From an uncultured Prevotellaceae bacterium (lineage in GTDB: Bacteria > Bacteroidota > Bacteroidia > Bacteroidales > Bacteroidaceae): a stretch of 38,267 bases of DNA. The notes below the pieces were generated by a model, which saw nothing but the letters and a program-made list of their open reading frames with translations, was not told the DNA's origin and made no database searches. Where the stretch lies: positions 1-38,267 of the forward strand of contig OMSH01000183.1 of assembly GCA_900313715.1 (NCBI GenBank), in the 5' to 3' direction. The position numbers were made by a program, and so were the translations under genes. Shown in pieces: positions 1 through 10,362 of the stretch. Each line of letters opens with the position of its first letter. Within the stretch, counting starts at the first letter, position 1.

Positions 1-1121
1 ACCAAGTCACGAACCTTAACTTCTCCTGCTAACTCCATAGTTTTCCAATCGACGTTGAATTCAAATGGCTGTTCTGTAGGGTTGTAAAGGGCCATCGCAC
101 GTTTATTGCCATGAAGAGTCTCAATATCCTTTACAAAAGCATAGCTATCGCCAAAACGCTGAGCCACATAGGCCTGCAAGCCTAACCTATCCTGATTGAT
201 GGCTATTAGTTCTTTGTTTTTCAGCAAGTTCAATGAAGATTCACGTATGTTGGTCATATCACAACCAATGAGCAGCGGTGAGCTCATGATGCACCAGATG
301 CCGAAGTGTACCTCTTCTTCTGAAGGGGTGAGACTACGACCAATCTCCAGCATATCCATATCATTGTAATGACCGTCGTGTGCAAACGCTGACAAATAGA
401 GGCTCTCGCCTATGATGCTCTTTACAAAGCTCCAACCATCTTGGATATCACCGCTCATGCGCCATGAGCGTGCCAACTCAGCAGCCCAAGCACCTGGGTA
501 AGCCCAACGACAGATGTTAATACTCACATCATCACGACCTGTTTTGTGAATGGCATCGACAATCTCAGCATAACGCTGATGTTCATCCAAGCCAAGTTCA
601 CTGCCACCACAATAATCAATCTTGATGAAATCAAACCCCCACTCTTTTAAATACAAATCCATGTCTTGCTGCTCATGCCCATAAAGGCCTGAGCCAATAC
701 CACGCTCGTCATTGTCGCCCATTGAGCCACAAGTATTAGTACCTGCATCAGAATAGATACCTGCTTTAAGTCCTAATGAATGGATATGGTCAGCAACTGG
801 CTTCATGCCATTAGGAAAACGATCTGGATGAGCATGCATCAATCCTGTTTCATCACGCCAACCAAAGAAACCATCGTCAGTATTGATGTAGAGATAGCCC
901 ACATCTTTCAGTCCCTGACTCACCATTGCATCTGCCTGACGCTTAATCAGTTCTTCATTGATATTTACATGATAGGTATTCCAAGAACTCCATCCCATCA
1001 AAGGAGGAAGGAAAGCAGCCTTATCTTGTTCATCTACTTGATCGCTTGTTTTTTCTGCATTTCCGCTATCGCAAGAAACAAGGGCTCCAGCAAGCAAAGC
1101 CAAGAGTATAAGTTTTTTCAT
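1..1121 (-). CDS. Glycoside hydrolase family 27 alpha-galactosidase, lipoprotein; runs off the window's left edge and is absent from the ORF track
   Basis: Manual translation from ATG 1121: MKKLILLALLAGALVSC (lipobox), then PPLMGWSSWN, YINTDDGFFG, FDFIKIDYCG (nucleophile Asp), SWRMSGDI (acid/base Asp), YNDMDMLEIG, all GH27 motifs. Confidence 0.92.
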   Translation of the reverse strand, partial: MKKLILLALLAGALVSCDSGNAEKTSDQVDEQDKAAFLPPLMGWSSWNTYHVNINEELIKRQADAMVSQGLKDVGYLYINTDDGFFGWRDETGLMHAHPDRFPNGMKPVADHIHSLGLKAGIYSDAGTNTCGSMGDNDERGIGSGLYGHEQQDMDLYLKEWGFDFIKIDYCGGSELGLDEHQRYAEIVDAIHKTGRDDVSINICRWAYPGAWAAELARSWRMSGDIQDGWSFVKSIIGESLYLSAFAHDGHYNDMDMLEIGRSLTPSEEEVHFGIWCIMSSPLLIGCDMTNIRESSLNLLKNKELIAINQDRLGLQAYVAQRFGDSYAFVKDIETLHGNKRAMALYNPTEQPFEFNVDWKTMELAGEVKVRDL

Positions 1122-1141
1122 TTTGCTATATATAATTAAGG

Positions 1142-1645
1142 TTAAATGTTTATAGCCATAATATAGTCATTCATATAGAAACCGTTACCTATAGGAAAAT
1201 CTCCTTGACGGTCCTTGTGCATTCCCATGTGCTCATAAAAGGCTACAGCTTTATTGTTGCGATTTACGTTCAGTTCTACGACACAAGGTTCTGGATGTAC
1301 CTTCTTTATATACTTTAGTGCTTCCAGGAACATGAACTTGCCAGCCTTCAAGCCTTGATACTGAGGCAGAACATAGATTTTCTGTAAGTGCCAGAGGTGA
1401 TCGCCTTGTTGTTGCACGCTAATGTAACCTATGTCGTGGCCTTCGTCATCTGAAGTCAGGAAGTAAATGTGCCCGTCCTCCAACATTTGCTTCTGCAGGT
1501 TAGGGATGCTATACATCCAATCCATCATGAAGTCACATTGTTCTGGTGTGATAATGTCTTTGTAGGTCAAGGGAAAGACCTGTTCGGCTAACTCGTGAAT
1601 GAGTTGGCAGTCATCGATAGTTGCTTTGCGGATTTTCAACATCAT
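1142..1645 (-). CDS. GNAT family N-acetyltransferase
   Basis: 167 aa; acetyl-CoA motif A LQKIYVLPQYQGLKAGK and motif B LNVNRNNKAVAFYEHMG. Confidence 0.9.
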   Translation of the reverse strand: MMLKIRKATIDDCQLIHELAEQVFPLTYKDIITPEQCDFMMDWMYSIPNLQKQMLEDGHIYFLTSDDEGHDIGYISVQQQGDHLWHLQKIYVLPQYQGLKAGKFMFLEALKYIKKVHPEPCVVELNVNRNNKAVAFYEHMGMHKDRQGDFPIGNGFYMNDYIMAINI

Positions 1646-1657
1646 CTATAAAATGAT

Positions 1658-1683
1658 GAGACGGGGTTTTGATACCCCGTCTC
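1658..1683 (-). terminator. Hairpin or intrinsic terminator after the POT transporter
   Basis: Perfect 10-bp inverted repeat GAGACGGGGT/ACCCCGTCTC, 15 bp past the transporter stop codon. Confidence 0.7.
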
Positions 1684-1698
1684 TTTGTTAATCACATT

Positions 1699-3252
1699 TT
1701 ATCTTGCGACTTTTTCTAATCGTTTCATCATTACAAACATAAACAGAGCAGAGAGCAGGCAAAGAGCTATAAATACGCTCCATACAGCCCATAATGGCAG
1801 AGGACCCCATAACAAACCACCAACCATTACCAACTGGTTACCTATAGCAGTAGCAACAAACCAGCCACCCATCATCATACCTTTATATTTAGGAGGAGCC
1901 ACCTTGGTTACGAAGGAAATTCCCATAGGGCTTAATAACAATTCTGCAAATGTTAGAATTAAATAAGTACCTATTAGTAAGTTAGGTGTCACATCTGCCA
2001 CATGCTTAGCCACCATGATACCATCAGCGTCCAACTCGGTTTGAGGCTTAGGCAAGCCAACGCAGAAAGCTGCCATAACACAATAAGCCAATGCAGCTAT
2101 CAACATACCATATGCAATCTTACGAGGGGCAGTAGGTTCCTTTCCCTTACGACCCAGATAACCAAAGAGCGCCATGCTGACAGGAGTCAGTGCTACTACA
2201 TAAAAAGGATTGAATTGCTGGAAAATAGGAGCACTTACTTCCACTTGTCCATCAAGATTAAGATACTTGTAAAACAATACCAGCAAGGCAAGAATAATCA
2301 CACCACAAGCAATGATTCTGCTTTTTGCGGTCTTGGCATCATATAACATAAATCCAGCATATACAATGATGATAATCATTACTAGGTTAATCACATCAAA
2401 AGCCATACTTTCTAAACCAGATGAACTCTGTGCAGTAAACTCATTAGCAAAATAAGTCAGCGACAAACCATTCTGATGGAAAGCCATCCAGAAGAAAATC
2501 ACCACAGCATAAACCAAGCACAATGCCACGATGCGATCCTTGGTTTCCTTTGGACTCAGTTCTGGTTCATTAGAAACACTGGCAACAGCACGTTTGCCCC
2601 CCTCTGTATGAATAAAGGTAGAACGGAAAATATAATAAATGGCGATGGATACTATCAGCGAAACACAAGCTACGGCAAATGAGAAATGGTAAGCATCGTT
2701 TCCACTGAAGCCCAATGAATTCTCAGCCCAATCCTTTATTTTGATGGCTGCTGTAGGTGCAAACAAAGCACCAATATTGATAGCCATATAAAAAAGCTGG
2801 AAGCCAGAGTCACGCTTAGCTGCATAAGCAGGATCATCGTATAGATTGCCTACCATTACTTGTAAGTTGCCCTTAAACAAACCCGTGCCAAAACCTATAG
2901 CCAGCAGAGCTGCTATCATAGCACCCATCGCTATCATATCAGTCTGACCTGTAGCAGGATCAACACCTCCTAGTGGGATAGAAAGAAGCAAGTAGCCTAA
3001 AAACATGACGATGATGCCTGTGGTAACCATCTTGCCAAAACCGAACTTGTCGGCAAGCATACCACCAATCAACGGGAAGAAATAAACGAACATTAAGAAT
3101 GAGCTGTAGATGGTTCCTGCAACTCCTGCACTCAGACCGAAGTTAGCTCTCAAAAACAGTGCGAATACGGCTATCATGGTGTAGTAGCCAAAACGTTCAC
3201 CAGTATTGGCCAAGGCTAATGCCCACAGGCCTTTCGGTTGTCCTTCAAACAT
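1699..3252 (-). CDS. POT/PTR family proton-dependent oligopeptide transporter (MFS)
   Basis: N-terminal NTGERFGYY (ExxERFxYY variant), GTGLFKGN, FQLFYMAINIGAL (PTR2 signature), ELLLSPMG, many TM helices. Confidence 0.95.
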   Translation of the reverse strand: MFEGQPKGLWALALANTGERFGYYTMIAVFALFLRANFGLSAGVAGTIYSSFLMFVYFFPLIGGMLADKFGFGKMVTTGIIVMFLGYLLLSIPLGGVDPATGQTDMIAMGAMIAALLAIGFGTGLFKGNLQVMVGNLYDDPAYAAKRDSGFQLFYMAINIGALFAPTAAIKIKDWAENSLGFSGNDAYHFSFAVACVSLIVSIAIYYIFRSTFIHTEGGKRAVASVSNEPELSPKETKDRIVALCLVYAVVIFFWMAFHQNGLSLTYFANEFTAQSSSGLESMAFDVINLVMIIIIVYAGFMLYDAKTAKSRIIACGVIILALLVLFYKYLNLDGQVEVSAPIFQQFNPFYVVALTPVSMALFGYLGRKGKEPTAPRKIAYGMLIAALAYCVMAAFCVGLPKPQTELDADGIMVAKHVADVTPNLLIGTYLILTFAELLLSPMGISFVTKVAPPKYKGMMMGGWFVATAIGNQLVMVGGLLWGPLPLWAVWSVFIALCLLSALFMFVMMKRLEKVAR

Positions 3253-3306
3253 AGTATTAAAAATTTATTGTGTTAATATTAATTATATTTTGAATACTTT
3301 AAAGTA

Positions 3307-3337
3307 CAAAGATAATAATCTTTTGGAAAATCGCAAA
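3307..3337 (-). promoter_or_regulatory. Bacteroidetes housekeeping promoter for the POT transporter
   Basis: Minus strand TTTG-N19-TATCTTTG. Confidence 0.7.
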
Positions 3338-3445
3338 ACAATTATATAAAACTTTTCTTATGGACAGACATTATCATACTCATAACTTGAAAATGGATGG
3401 ATTTGAAGAAAATGGATGCATTAAAAAAAAAACAGACACTTTAAC

Positions 3446-3475
3446 ATTGTTGTATCAAAATAAAGCCTATCTTTG
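3446..3475 (+). promoter_or_regulatory. Bacteroidetes promoter upstream of the 3600 ORF
   Basis: ATTG-N18-TATCTTTG. Confidence 0.55.
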
Positions 3476-3599
3476 TACCAAACTTGTAATAATTAGGCTG
3501 CGCGCCTCTCTGACACACTTCCAAGCGATCTTGGCTTTGCGTTCCGACTCCGCTCAATCTCATTAGAAAAAAGGAAGTGTTTACCATAATAATATTTTC

Positions 3600-4100
3600 A
3601 TGGTTAAAGAAAGAAGCCAGCCAATGGTACCTGAATTGGGCGAATGGTATCATCTTAACGCTTACATGCTGCCCGGAGCAAATCATCATTCATTCTGCCT
3701 TTGCACAAAGTTAGATGCAGATTCAGTCACACTTCATGTGCGCAAACACCAAAAGACAGAAATCTTTAAAGTAGCCATTAAGGAAATCAAAAGAGCTCAA
3801 TGGGTTGTGAAAAACAGTTTTCACATGTTCTGTCTGTTCAAATTGAAACAAATCCTTAAAGCCGGCCCTTCAGCTGAAGAGTTGCATGGCAACCAGTGTT
3901 TCCAGTTGTGCTTTAACCTTGCCACCCAATTCCGTGTATATAGGGCAAATACGAATAATGATGCTATTGACTATGCTTATGATGTAGTGAGCAAAGGTAC
4001 AAAAGATAATATATCCATTGGACGTTTGTATCAACGAGAACTTTTAGAACAACTGCTACGTGAGCACAATGATTTTAAGAAGCTTTTCCACACAAGATGA
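3600..4100 (+). CDS. Hypothetical protein, 166 aa
   Basis: Fills the gap between the POT gene and uvrA; AT-rich leader and upstream promoter; no motif recognised. Confidence 0.65.
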   Translation: MVKERSQPMVPELGEWYHLNAYMLPGANHHSFCLCTKLDADSVTLHVRKHQKTEIFKVAIKEIKRAQWVVKNSFHMFCLFKLKQILKAGPSAEELHGNQCFQLCFNLATQFRVYRANTNNDAIDYAYDVVSKGTKDNISIGRLYQRELLEQLLREHNDFKKLFHTR

Positions 4101-4153
4101 AGTATAGTCATGAATATTATTAGATGCATTAAAAAAGCCTTTTCTTAATGTCG

Positions 4154-6988
4154 TCAAACATGATTTTTCAATTCTTCGCGTAAAAATTGTGGGGTATAGC
4201 CCTTTTCGCTCATTGCCACCTCTTCAGGAGTTCCTGTAGATAGGACGGTTCCACCTCCTTTTCCGCCTTCTGGTCCCATATCGATGATATAGTCGGCCAT
4301 CTTGATTACATCCAAGTTGTGTTCAATGACCACTACGGTATTTCCTTGATCTACCAAACGGTTCAGTACGTCCATCAACACCCTGATGTCTTCAAAATGC
4401 AGACCTGTGGTGGGTTCATCAAGGATATAGAGTGTCTTGCCAGTACCTCGTTTGCTAAGCTCTGTAGCCAACTTAACTCGCTGGCTCTCACCGCCTGACA
4501 AGGTGGTTGATGACTGTCCAAGTTTTATGTAGCCCAACCCTACCTCTTGAATCACCTTTATCTTGTTCAAGATAGCGGGCACGTTCTCAAAGAATTCAAC
4601 TGCTTGGTTGATAGTCATATCGAGAATATCGGCTATGCTTTTGCCTTTGAACCTCACCTCCAAGGTTTCATGGTTGTAACGTTTGCCGTGACATACCTCA
4701 CAAGGAACATATACATCGGGCAGGAAATTCATCTCAATGGTCTTGTAGCCGTTGCCCTGACAGGCTTCACATCGTCCACCCTTTACATTGAACGAGAAGC
4801 GCCCTGGCTTATAGCCTCTGATTTTAGCCTCTGGCAAATCCACAAACAGGTTGCGGATATCGGTAAAAACATTAGTATAAGTAGCTGGATTGGAACGTGG
4901 TGTCCTGCCAATGGGCGATTGGTCCACATTCACCACCTTATCAATATATTCAATGCCCTCGATGCTGTCGTATGGCAAGGGGTCTTGCAACGAACGATAG
5001 AACTTTTTAGACAAGATGGGTTGCAGCGTCTCATTGATAAGCGTGGATTTACCACTACCGGAAACGCCTGTCACACAGATTAGTTTACCCAACGGGAATT
5101 CCACATCGATATGCTTCAGGTTATTACCGGAAGCACCCCTGATAACAAGCTTCTTTCCATTGCCTGGGCGGCGTTGTTGGGGCACCTCAATACGTTTCTC
5201 ACCATTCAGGTATTGTGAGGTTAGCGTGTGGGTTTGCATCATTTCTTGTGGTGTGCCTTGATAGACGACCTTTCCTCCCAACCTACCCGCTTTGGGACCT
5301 AAATCAATTATGTAGTCAGCAGACAACATCATATCCTTATCATGTTCCACCACAATCACGGTGTTTCCCAAATCCCTCAGTGCCTTCAAGGAATTGATGA
5401 GTCGCTGGTTGTCACGTTGGTGCAAACCAATACTCGGTTCGTCAAGAATATAGAGTACATTCACTAACTGCGAGCCTATCTGGGTGGCCAAACGAATGCG
5501 CTGACTCTCTCCTCCTGACAGACTGGCGGAAGAACGGTCTAACGAGAGGTATTCCAAGCCTACATCCAACAGAAATTTCAACCGGGTTTTGATTTCTTTC
5601 AATATCTCTGCAGCTATGATCCCCTGCTTATGTGACAAGAAAGGATTGACTTGCTGCATCCATTCATATAATTCACTGATATCCATGCATGAAAGTTCGT
5701 ATATATTCTTGTCATGCAGGCGGTACGAAAGAGCAATCTTGTTCAGCTTGGCTCCCCCACATTCAGGACATACGGTTGTTTTGGCAAACTGCTCTGCCCA
5801 CTTTTGTTCTGTAGCCGAAGCATCGCTGTCCTGTAACATAGAGATATACTTCACGACTCCTTCGAAATTAACGAAATAATCAGAGGAAGTTCCTATTAGC
5901 GAGCTCTTTATCCTGACACGGTCAGAGGTTCCGTATAGGATTTCATCAATGGTTTCATCACTAAGTTCACTGATAGGTGTATCAAGTGTAGCCTCGTATT
6001 TTTCCAACACAGCCTCTATTTGCCAGAACACCATACTGTTCTTGAACTTACCTAACGGAACAATACCTCCTTCTCTAACAGAAATGTGACGGTCAGGAAT
6101 CACTTTATCAATATCTATTTGACTTACCACCCCCAATCCTTTGCACTTAGGGCAAGCTCCTTGAGGAGAATTGAATGAGAAGCTATGCGGTGCCGGCTCT
6201 GGATATGACAAGCCTGAAACAGGATCCATCAACAGTTTACTGTAATGCTTTATCTGACCAGTTTCCGCATCTAATATAAGCATCAGACCACTACCCTGTT
6301 GCATAGCGTTGTTCACGCTATTCTTTAACCTTACATCGTCTTTATCATTCACTTTCAGTTTGTCAATCACCACTTCGATATCGTGATTCTTATAGCGATC
6401 AACTTTCATGCCAGGAACCGTTTCTTTGATTTCTCCATCCACACGCACGTTGATAAAGCCTTTCCTGCGAATAGTCTCAAACAATTCACGATAATGACCC
6501 TTGCGGCTCTTTACCAAGGGTGCTAATATATAAATGCGTCTGCCCAGGTAATCATGCAATATAAGGTCAAGTATCTGTTCTTCTGTGTATCTCACCATTT
6601 TTTCGCCTGAAAGGTAGGAATAAGCTTCACCTGCACGAGCAAAAAGCAAACGAAGGTAGTCATAAATCTCAGTGGTGGTGCCAACTGTAGAACGTGGATT
6701 CTTGTTAGTAGTCTTCTGTTCGATAGATATAACAGGACTCAATCCAGTAATCTTATCCACATCAGGACGATTGAGGTTACCCAAGAAATTGCGGGCATAA
6801 GCTGAGAAGGTCTCAATATAGCGGCGTTGTCCTTCGGCATAAATGGTATCGAATGCTAACGAAGACTTGCCACTTCCACTAAGGCCAGTCATTACGGTCA
6901 AACTGTGTCTGGGTATGGTTGCATCGATGTTTTTAAGATTATGTACTCGGGCACCATAAACGTATATATAGTCGGTCTTTTCGCTCAT
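4154..6988 (-). CDS. uvrA: Excinuclease ABC subunit A
   Basis: GARVHNLKN, two Walker A motifs (GLSGSGKSS, GVSGSGKST), two LSGGE signatures, CxxC zinc sites. Start placed at ATG 6988 because the -7 promoter element overlaps 7007-7014. Confidence 0.98.
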   Translation of the reverse strand: MSEKTDYIYVYGARVHNLKNIDATIPRHSLTVMTGLSGSGKSSLAFDTIYAEGQRRYIETFSAYARNFLGNLNRPDVDKITGLSPVISIEQKTTNKNPRSTVGTTTEIYDYLRLLFARAGEAYSYLSGEKMVRYTEEQILDLILHDYLGRRIYILAPLVKSRKGHYRELFETIRRKGFINVRVDGEIKETVPGMKVDRYKNHDIEVVIDKLKVNDKDDVRLKNSVNNAMQQGSGLMLILDAETGQIKHYSKLLMDPVSGLSYPEPAPHSFSFNSPQGACPKCKGLGVVSQIDIDKVIPDRHISVREGGIVPLGKFKNSMVFWQIEAVLEKYEATLDTPISELSDETIDEILYGTSDRVRIKSSLIGTSSDYFVNFEGVVKYISMLQDSDASATEQKWAEQFAKTTVCPECGGAKLNKIALSYRLHDKNIYELSCMDISELYEWMQQVNPFLSHKQGIIAAEILKEIKTRLKFLLDVGLEYLSLDRSSASLSGGESQRIRLATQIGSQLVNVLYILDEPSIGLHQRDNQRLINSLKALRDLGNTVIVVEHDKDMMLSADYIIDLGPKAGRLGGKVVYQGTPQEMMQTHTLTSQYLNGEKRIEVPQQRRPGNGKKLVIRGASGNNLKHIDVEFPLGKLICVTGVSGSGKSTLINETLQPILSKKFYRSLQDPLPYDSIEGIEYIDKVVNVDQSPIGRTPRSNPATYTNVFTDIRNLFVDLPEAKIRGYKPGRFSFNVKGGRCEACQGNGYKTIEMNFLPDVYVPCEVCHGKRYNHETLEVRFKGKSIADILDMTINQAVEFFENVPAILNKIKVIQEVGLGYIKLGQSSTTLSGGESQRVKLATELSKRGTGKTLYILDEPTTGLHFEDIRVLMDVLNRLVDQGNTVVVIEHNLDVIKMADYIIDMGPEGGKGGGTVLSTGTPEEVAMSEKGYTPQFLREELKNHV

Positions 6989-7006
6989 AACTCCAATTTT
7001 GCACCA

Positions 7007-7038
7007 CAAAAATAAAAGAAAAGTATGTCAAAAACAAA
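7007..7038 (-). promoter_or_regulatory. uvrA promoter
   Basis: Minus strand TTTG-N20-TATTTTTG. Confidence 0.7.
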
Positions 7039-7148
7039 ACCCTATGTAAAAAAGTATATCAACTGACAGATTATTTCAATTAATAATTGTATTTTTGCAA
7101 CAAGGTTTGTTATGCCTATACGTAGAATCAGTATAAAAACACAAAAAA

Positions 7149-8969
7149 ATGAAGATTTATAGTAAAGTATGCCTAATTTTCCTGTTGGCTATGATGGTTT
7201 GGTGCCAAGCTTATGCACAAGAGAACCAGACATACATTATTCACACGATTCAGAAAGGTCAGAGTCTCTACTCTATTTCAAATATGTATGGCACTACAGT
7301 GGATGCCATTGTAAAACTCAACCCAGGCAGTGATCAGGTGATTGTTGAGGGCAAACAACTGAAAGTACCTCGTCCTGACACTATTACCGACCAGGGCACT
7401 TTCCATACCATACTACAAGGAGAGACACTGTATGGTTTATCGCAGAAGTACAAGGTGTCTGTAAAATCCATACTTGATGCCAATCCCGGTTTGAACGAGA
7501 AAAACTTCCGCTTTGGACAGGTAGTGAACATCCCTAAGGAAAGTGCGACAACAGAAGTACCTGCCGCACAGGTACAGCCCTCACAGCCAGAGGCGTCTAA
7601 AGTACAACAGGGCATTCCTGGTCCTGTGCAGAGCCGATGCAAGGAAATGCACAAGGTGGAAAGAAAAGAAACGGTATTTAGCATTGCTCGTAAGTATGGT
7701 ATCACAGAGCAGGAATTGTTGGATGCCAATCCTGAAATAAGCGATGCCAAGAAATTGAAAAGGGGCAAATTACTATGTATCCCTTATCCTAAAGCACAGC
7801 AGAGTGCAACAGCCCAACCTGAGAAGACGCCAACCGATGCGGAACTGTTTAGTCAAAATAAGGTTACTGAACAGAAAATCAGTGTCATCAAAGCAGCTGT
7901 GGTGTTACCGTTAGTTCCAGGAGAACAAGGTAAGGCCGAAAGTGCTCGTATGCTGGAGTACTATCAGGGATTTTTATTGGCAGTGGATAGTTTGAAACGC
8001 ACAGGCACATCAATCGACCTCTACACCTATGACTCTGGTTCAACGGTGGCTTCTGTAAATTCAATTTTAGCAAAACCTGAGATGCAACAGATGGATGTTA
8101 TCTTTGGTCCGCTTTACACAGAGCAGATTAAGCCTATGGCCGATTTTGCGAGCAAGCATCATATCCGCCTGGTAATTCCATTTACCAGTCGTGACAACAC
8201 GGTGTATCGCAATCCTGACATCTATCAAATCAATACCCCTCAATCGTATCTATACTCTGAGGTGTATGAGCATTTCGTACGTCAGTTCCCTCGCGCTCAC
8301 GTGATTTTCATCAATGCCACTACTGGCGCTGAAGAGAAGGCCGAATTTATCAAGGGGTTCCGTGAAGAGTTAACCAACAAGAAATTGTCTTTTACCAATC
8401 TGAGTGAGGATGCTACTGCTGAGCAGATGAAAGAGGCATTGCAAAAAGACAAATCGAACATTTTTGTTCCTACTTCTGGTAGCAACACTGTGCTTATAAA
8501 GGCGTTGCCTCAGCTGACTGCAATGATGAACGATTCACTTTACAAAGAGAAAGTCAATGCTGAAGTACATTTGTTTGGCTATCCTGAATGGCAAACCTAT
8601 ACAAAAGACCATCTGTCGGCTTTTTTTGAACTTGACACATATTTCTATACTTCGTTCTATACCAACAACCTATTGGCAGCTCCACGTAGCTTTAACTCCA
8701 GCTTCAGGCGTTGGTATGGTAAGGATATGGAAGACCGTTATCCAAAATACGGAATGTTAGGTTTTGACACAGGTTTCTTTTTCCTCAAAGGTTTGGCTCA
8801 ATATGGTTCGGGTTTGGAGAATAACCTTGATAAGATGAGACTTACGCCTATGCAAACTGGATTTAAGTTCGACCGAGTAAACAACTGGGGTGGTTTTATC
8901 AACAAGAAAGTATTTTTCGTAAGATTCACGCCTAAGTTTGAATTGATTAAACTTGATTTTGACCAATGA
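7149..8969 (+). CDS. Secreted protein with three LysM domains and a C-terminal type-1 periplasmic-binding-protein fold
   Basis: Signal peptide; HTIQKGQSLYSIS, HTILQGETLYGLS, HKVERKETVFSIA; AAVVLPL...YQGFLLAVDSL...DVIFGPLY. Confidence 0.9.
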   Translation: MKIYSKVCLIFLLAMMVWCQAYAQENQTYIIHTIQKGQSLYSISNMYGTTVDAIVKLNPGSDQVIVEGKQLKVPRPDTITDQGTFHTILQGETLYGLSQKYKVSVKSILDANPGLNEKNFRFGQVVNIPKESATTEVPAAQVQPSQPEASKVQQGIPGPVQSRCKEMHKVERKETVFSIARKYGITEQELLDANPEISDAKKLKRGKLLCIPYPKAQQSATAQPEKTPTDAELFSQNKVTEQKISVIKAAVVLPLVPGEQGKAESARMLEYYQGFLLAVDSLKRTGTSIDLYTYDSGSTVASVNSILAKPEMQQMDVIFGPLYTEQIKPMADFASKHHIRLVIPFTSRDNTVYRNPDIYQINTPQSYLYSEVYEHFVRQFPRAHVIFINATTGAEEKAEFIKGFREELTNKKLSFTNLSEDATAEQMKEALQKDKSNIFVPTSGSNTVLIKALPQLTAMMNDSLYKEKVNAEVHLFGYPEWQTYTKDHLSAFFELDTYFYTSFYTNNLLAAPRSFNSSFRRWYGKDMEDRYPKYGMLGFDTGFFFLKGLAQYGSGLENNLDKMRLTPMQTGFKFDRVNNWGGFINKKVFFVRFTPKFELIKLDFDQ

Positions 8970-9649
8970 AAAAGCTCCGTTTCATAGGGCTTTTTGTAGT
9001 GACTGTTGCCTTTTCAACAGTTGCTTCTGCACAAGTGGGCGATTTACAGAACAATTTTTCTGTAGGTGTTAATGCTGGTGTCAATCTAACCAGTGCACAG
9101 TTCTCTCCGACCGTACGCCAGAATCAGCTTATGGGCACAGTGTTTGGTGTAACAGGACGCTATATCTCAGAGAAATATTTCGGCATGACCTGTGGCATCC
9201 GCATGGAGGTGAATTATTCACAGCATGGATGGAAAGAGTTTGTTGAGGGTTTTGACGACTTACAATTCCAACGCACACTTAACTATGTTGATATTCCTTT
9301 CCTGGCACATCTGGCTTTTGGCAAGAAATTTCAGTTCTTCATCGATGGTGGCCCACAGATTGGTTTTTATTTGAGTGACAGCAGCAAAATTAGTGGTGAC
9401 TGGGACAGTGTGTCGGGTATAGTAGTTGAGCAGCACACGCTGGACGTAAAGCACAAGTTCGATTATGGTATAACCGGTGGCATAGGCCTTGAGCTTAAAA
9501 CCCGCAAGACAGGCAATTTCCTGCTGGAAGGCAGGTATTATTATGCATTATCAGACTTTTTCGGCAACGAGAAACAAGACTATTTCGGTCGTTCTGCCAA
9601 CACTACTATTAGTATTAAACTGACTTATTTATTTGACATCACAAAATAA
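8966..9649 (+). CDS. Outer-membrane beta-barrel protein (porin/PorT-like family)
   Basis: Signal peptide, amphipathic strands, LNYVDIPFLAH, EGRYYY; ATGA overlap with the LysM gene. Confidence 0.8.
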   Translation: MKKLRFIGLFVVTVAFSTVASAQVGDLQNNFSVGVNAGVNLTSAQFSPTVRQNQLMGTVFGVTGRYISEKYFGMTCGIRMEVNYSQHGWKEFVEGFDDLQFQRTLNYVDIPFLAHLAFGKKFQFFIDGGPQIGFYLSDSSKISGDWDSVSGIVVEQHTLDVKHKFDYGITGGIGLELKTRKTGNFLLEGRYYYALSDFFGNEKQDYFGRSANTTISIKLTYLFDITK

Positions 9650-9678
9650 TTTGGGGAAGGTACTAAATAAATATAGCT

Positions 9679-10362
9679 ATGAAGGTAGGTTATGCATACA
9701 GCAGCGAAGTTGAGCAAACGCTTGAGCAGCAAGTCAAGAGACTGCAAGATTCTGGTTGCGAACGCATCTATCAGGAAACCCTTGCTGGCGTACGTGCCGA
9801 TAGACCTAAGCTGAAAAAATGCCTTGATAGCTTGCGGGCGGGCGATACCTTCATAGTATGTCGCCTTGATCGCATCGGTACTCAGATCGAGAAGGTTTTG
9901 ATACTTCTCAATGAGTTTGTCAATATGGAAGTCACCTTCATCTCGCTGGACGATAATTTCAATACGAACGGTCTTACTGGGCAAGTACTCAGTCACATTG
10001 TCCAATGCCTCTTGTCTCTTAAGAAAGACGTGTTTATGGCCCGTGTATATGAAGGTCGGAAAGAGGCTGAAAAAAAAGGCGTAAAATTCGGGCGTAAGGA
10101 AGGCTCTATGAACAAGCGTAACAAAGACAAGCCCCAACAATGCCGCCAATTATATGATAACGGTCTGCCTGTAAGCCACATCATGACTTTGCTGAACATT
10201 CGCAGCTATTCTACCGTTTATCGCTACCTGCGACAAACAGGTACCTACCCTGATGGCAACAATATAGAAAAACAGAAGCCCTCTCCTAAATTGTCAAAGA
10301 AAGAGTTGCTGAAATTAAAGAAAGAAGTTTATGACAACAGTCATCAACTCGATTTATTCTGA
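9679..10362 (+). CDS. Serine recombinase (resolvase/invertase family) with C-terminal HTH; catalytic motifs degenerate
   Basis: GYAYSS (canonical GYARVS), GCERIYQE, RPKL, GDTFIVCRLDRIGT, GVKFGRK, HTH ending STVYRYL. Confidence 0.85.
   Translation: MKVGYAYSSEVEQTLEQQVKRLQDSGCERIYQETLAGVRADRPKLKKCLDSLRAGDTFIVCRLDRIGTQIEKVLILLNEFVNMEVTFISLDDNFNTNGLTGQVLSHIVQCLLSLKKDVFMARVYEGRKEAEKKGVKFGRKEGSMNKRNKDKPQQCRQLYDNGLPVSHIMTLLNIRSYSTVYRYLRQTGTYPDGNNIEKQKPSPKLSKKELLKLKKEVYDNSHQLDLF

Noticed and set aside
780-1139. 119-aa plus-strand ORF
   Set aside because: Antisense shadow of the GH27 gene, which carries clear motifs on the minus strand.
6989-7009. Extended uvrA start (MWCKIGV)
   Set aside because: Overlaps the predicted -7 promoter element; ATG 6988 fits better.
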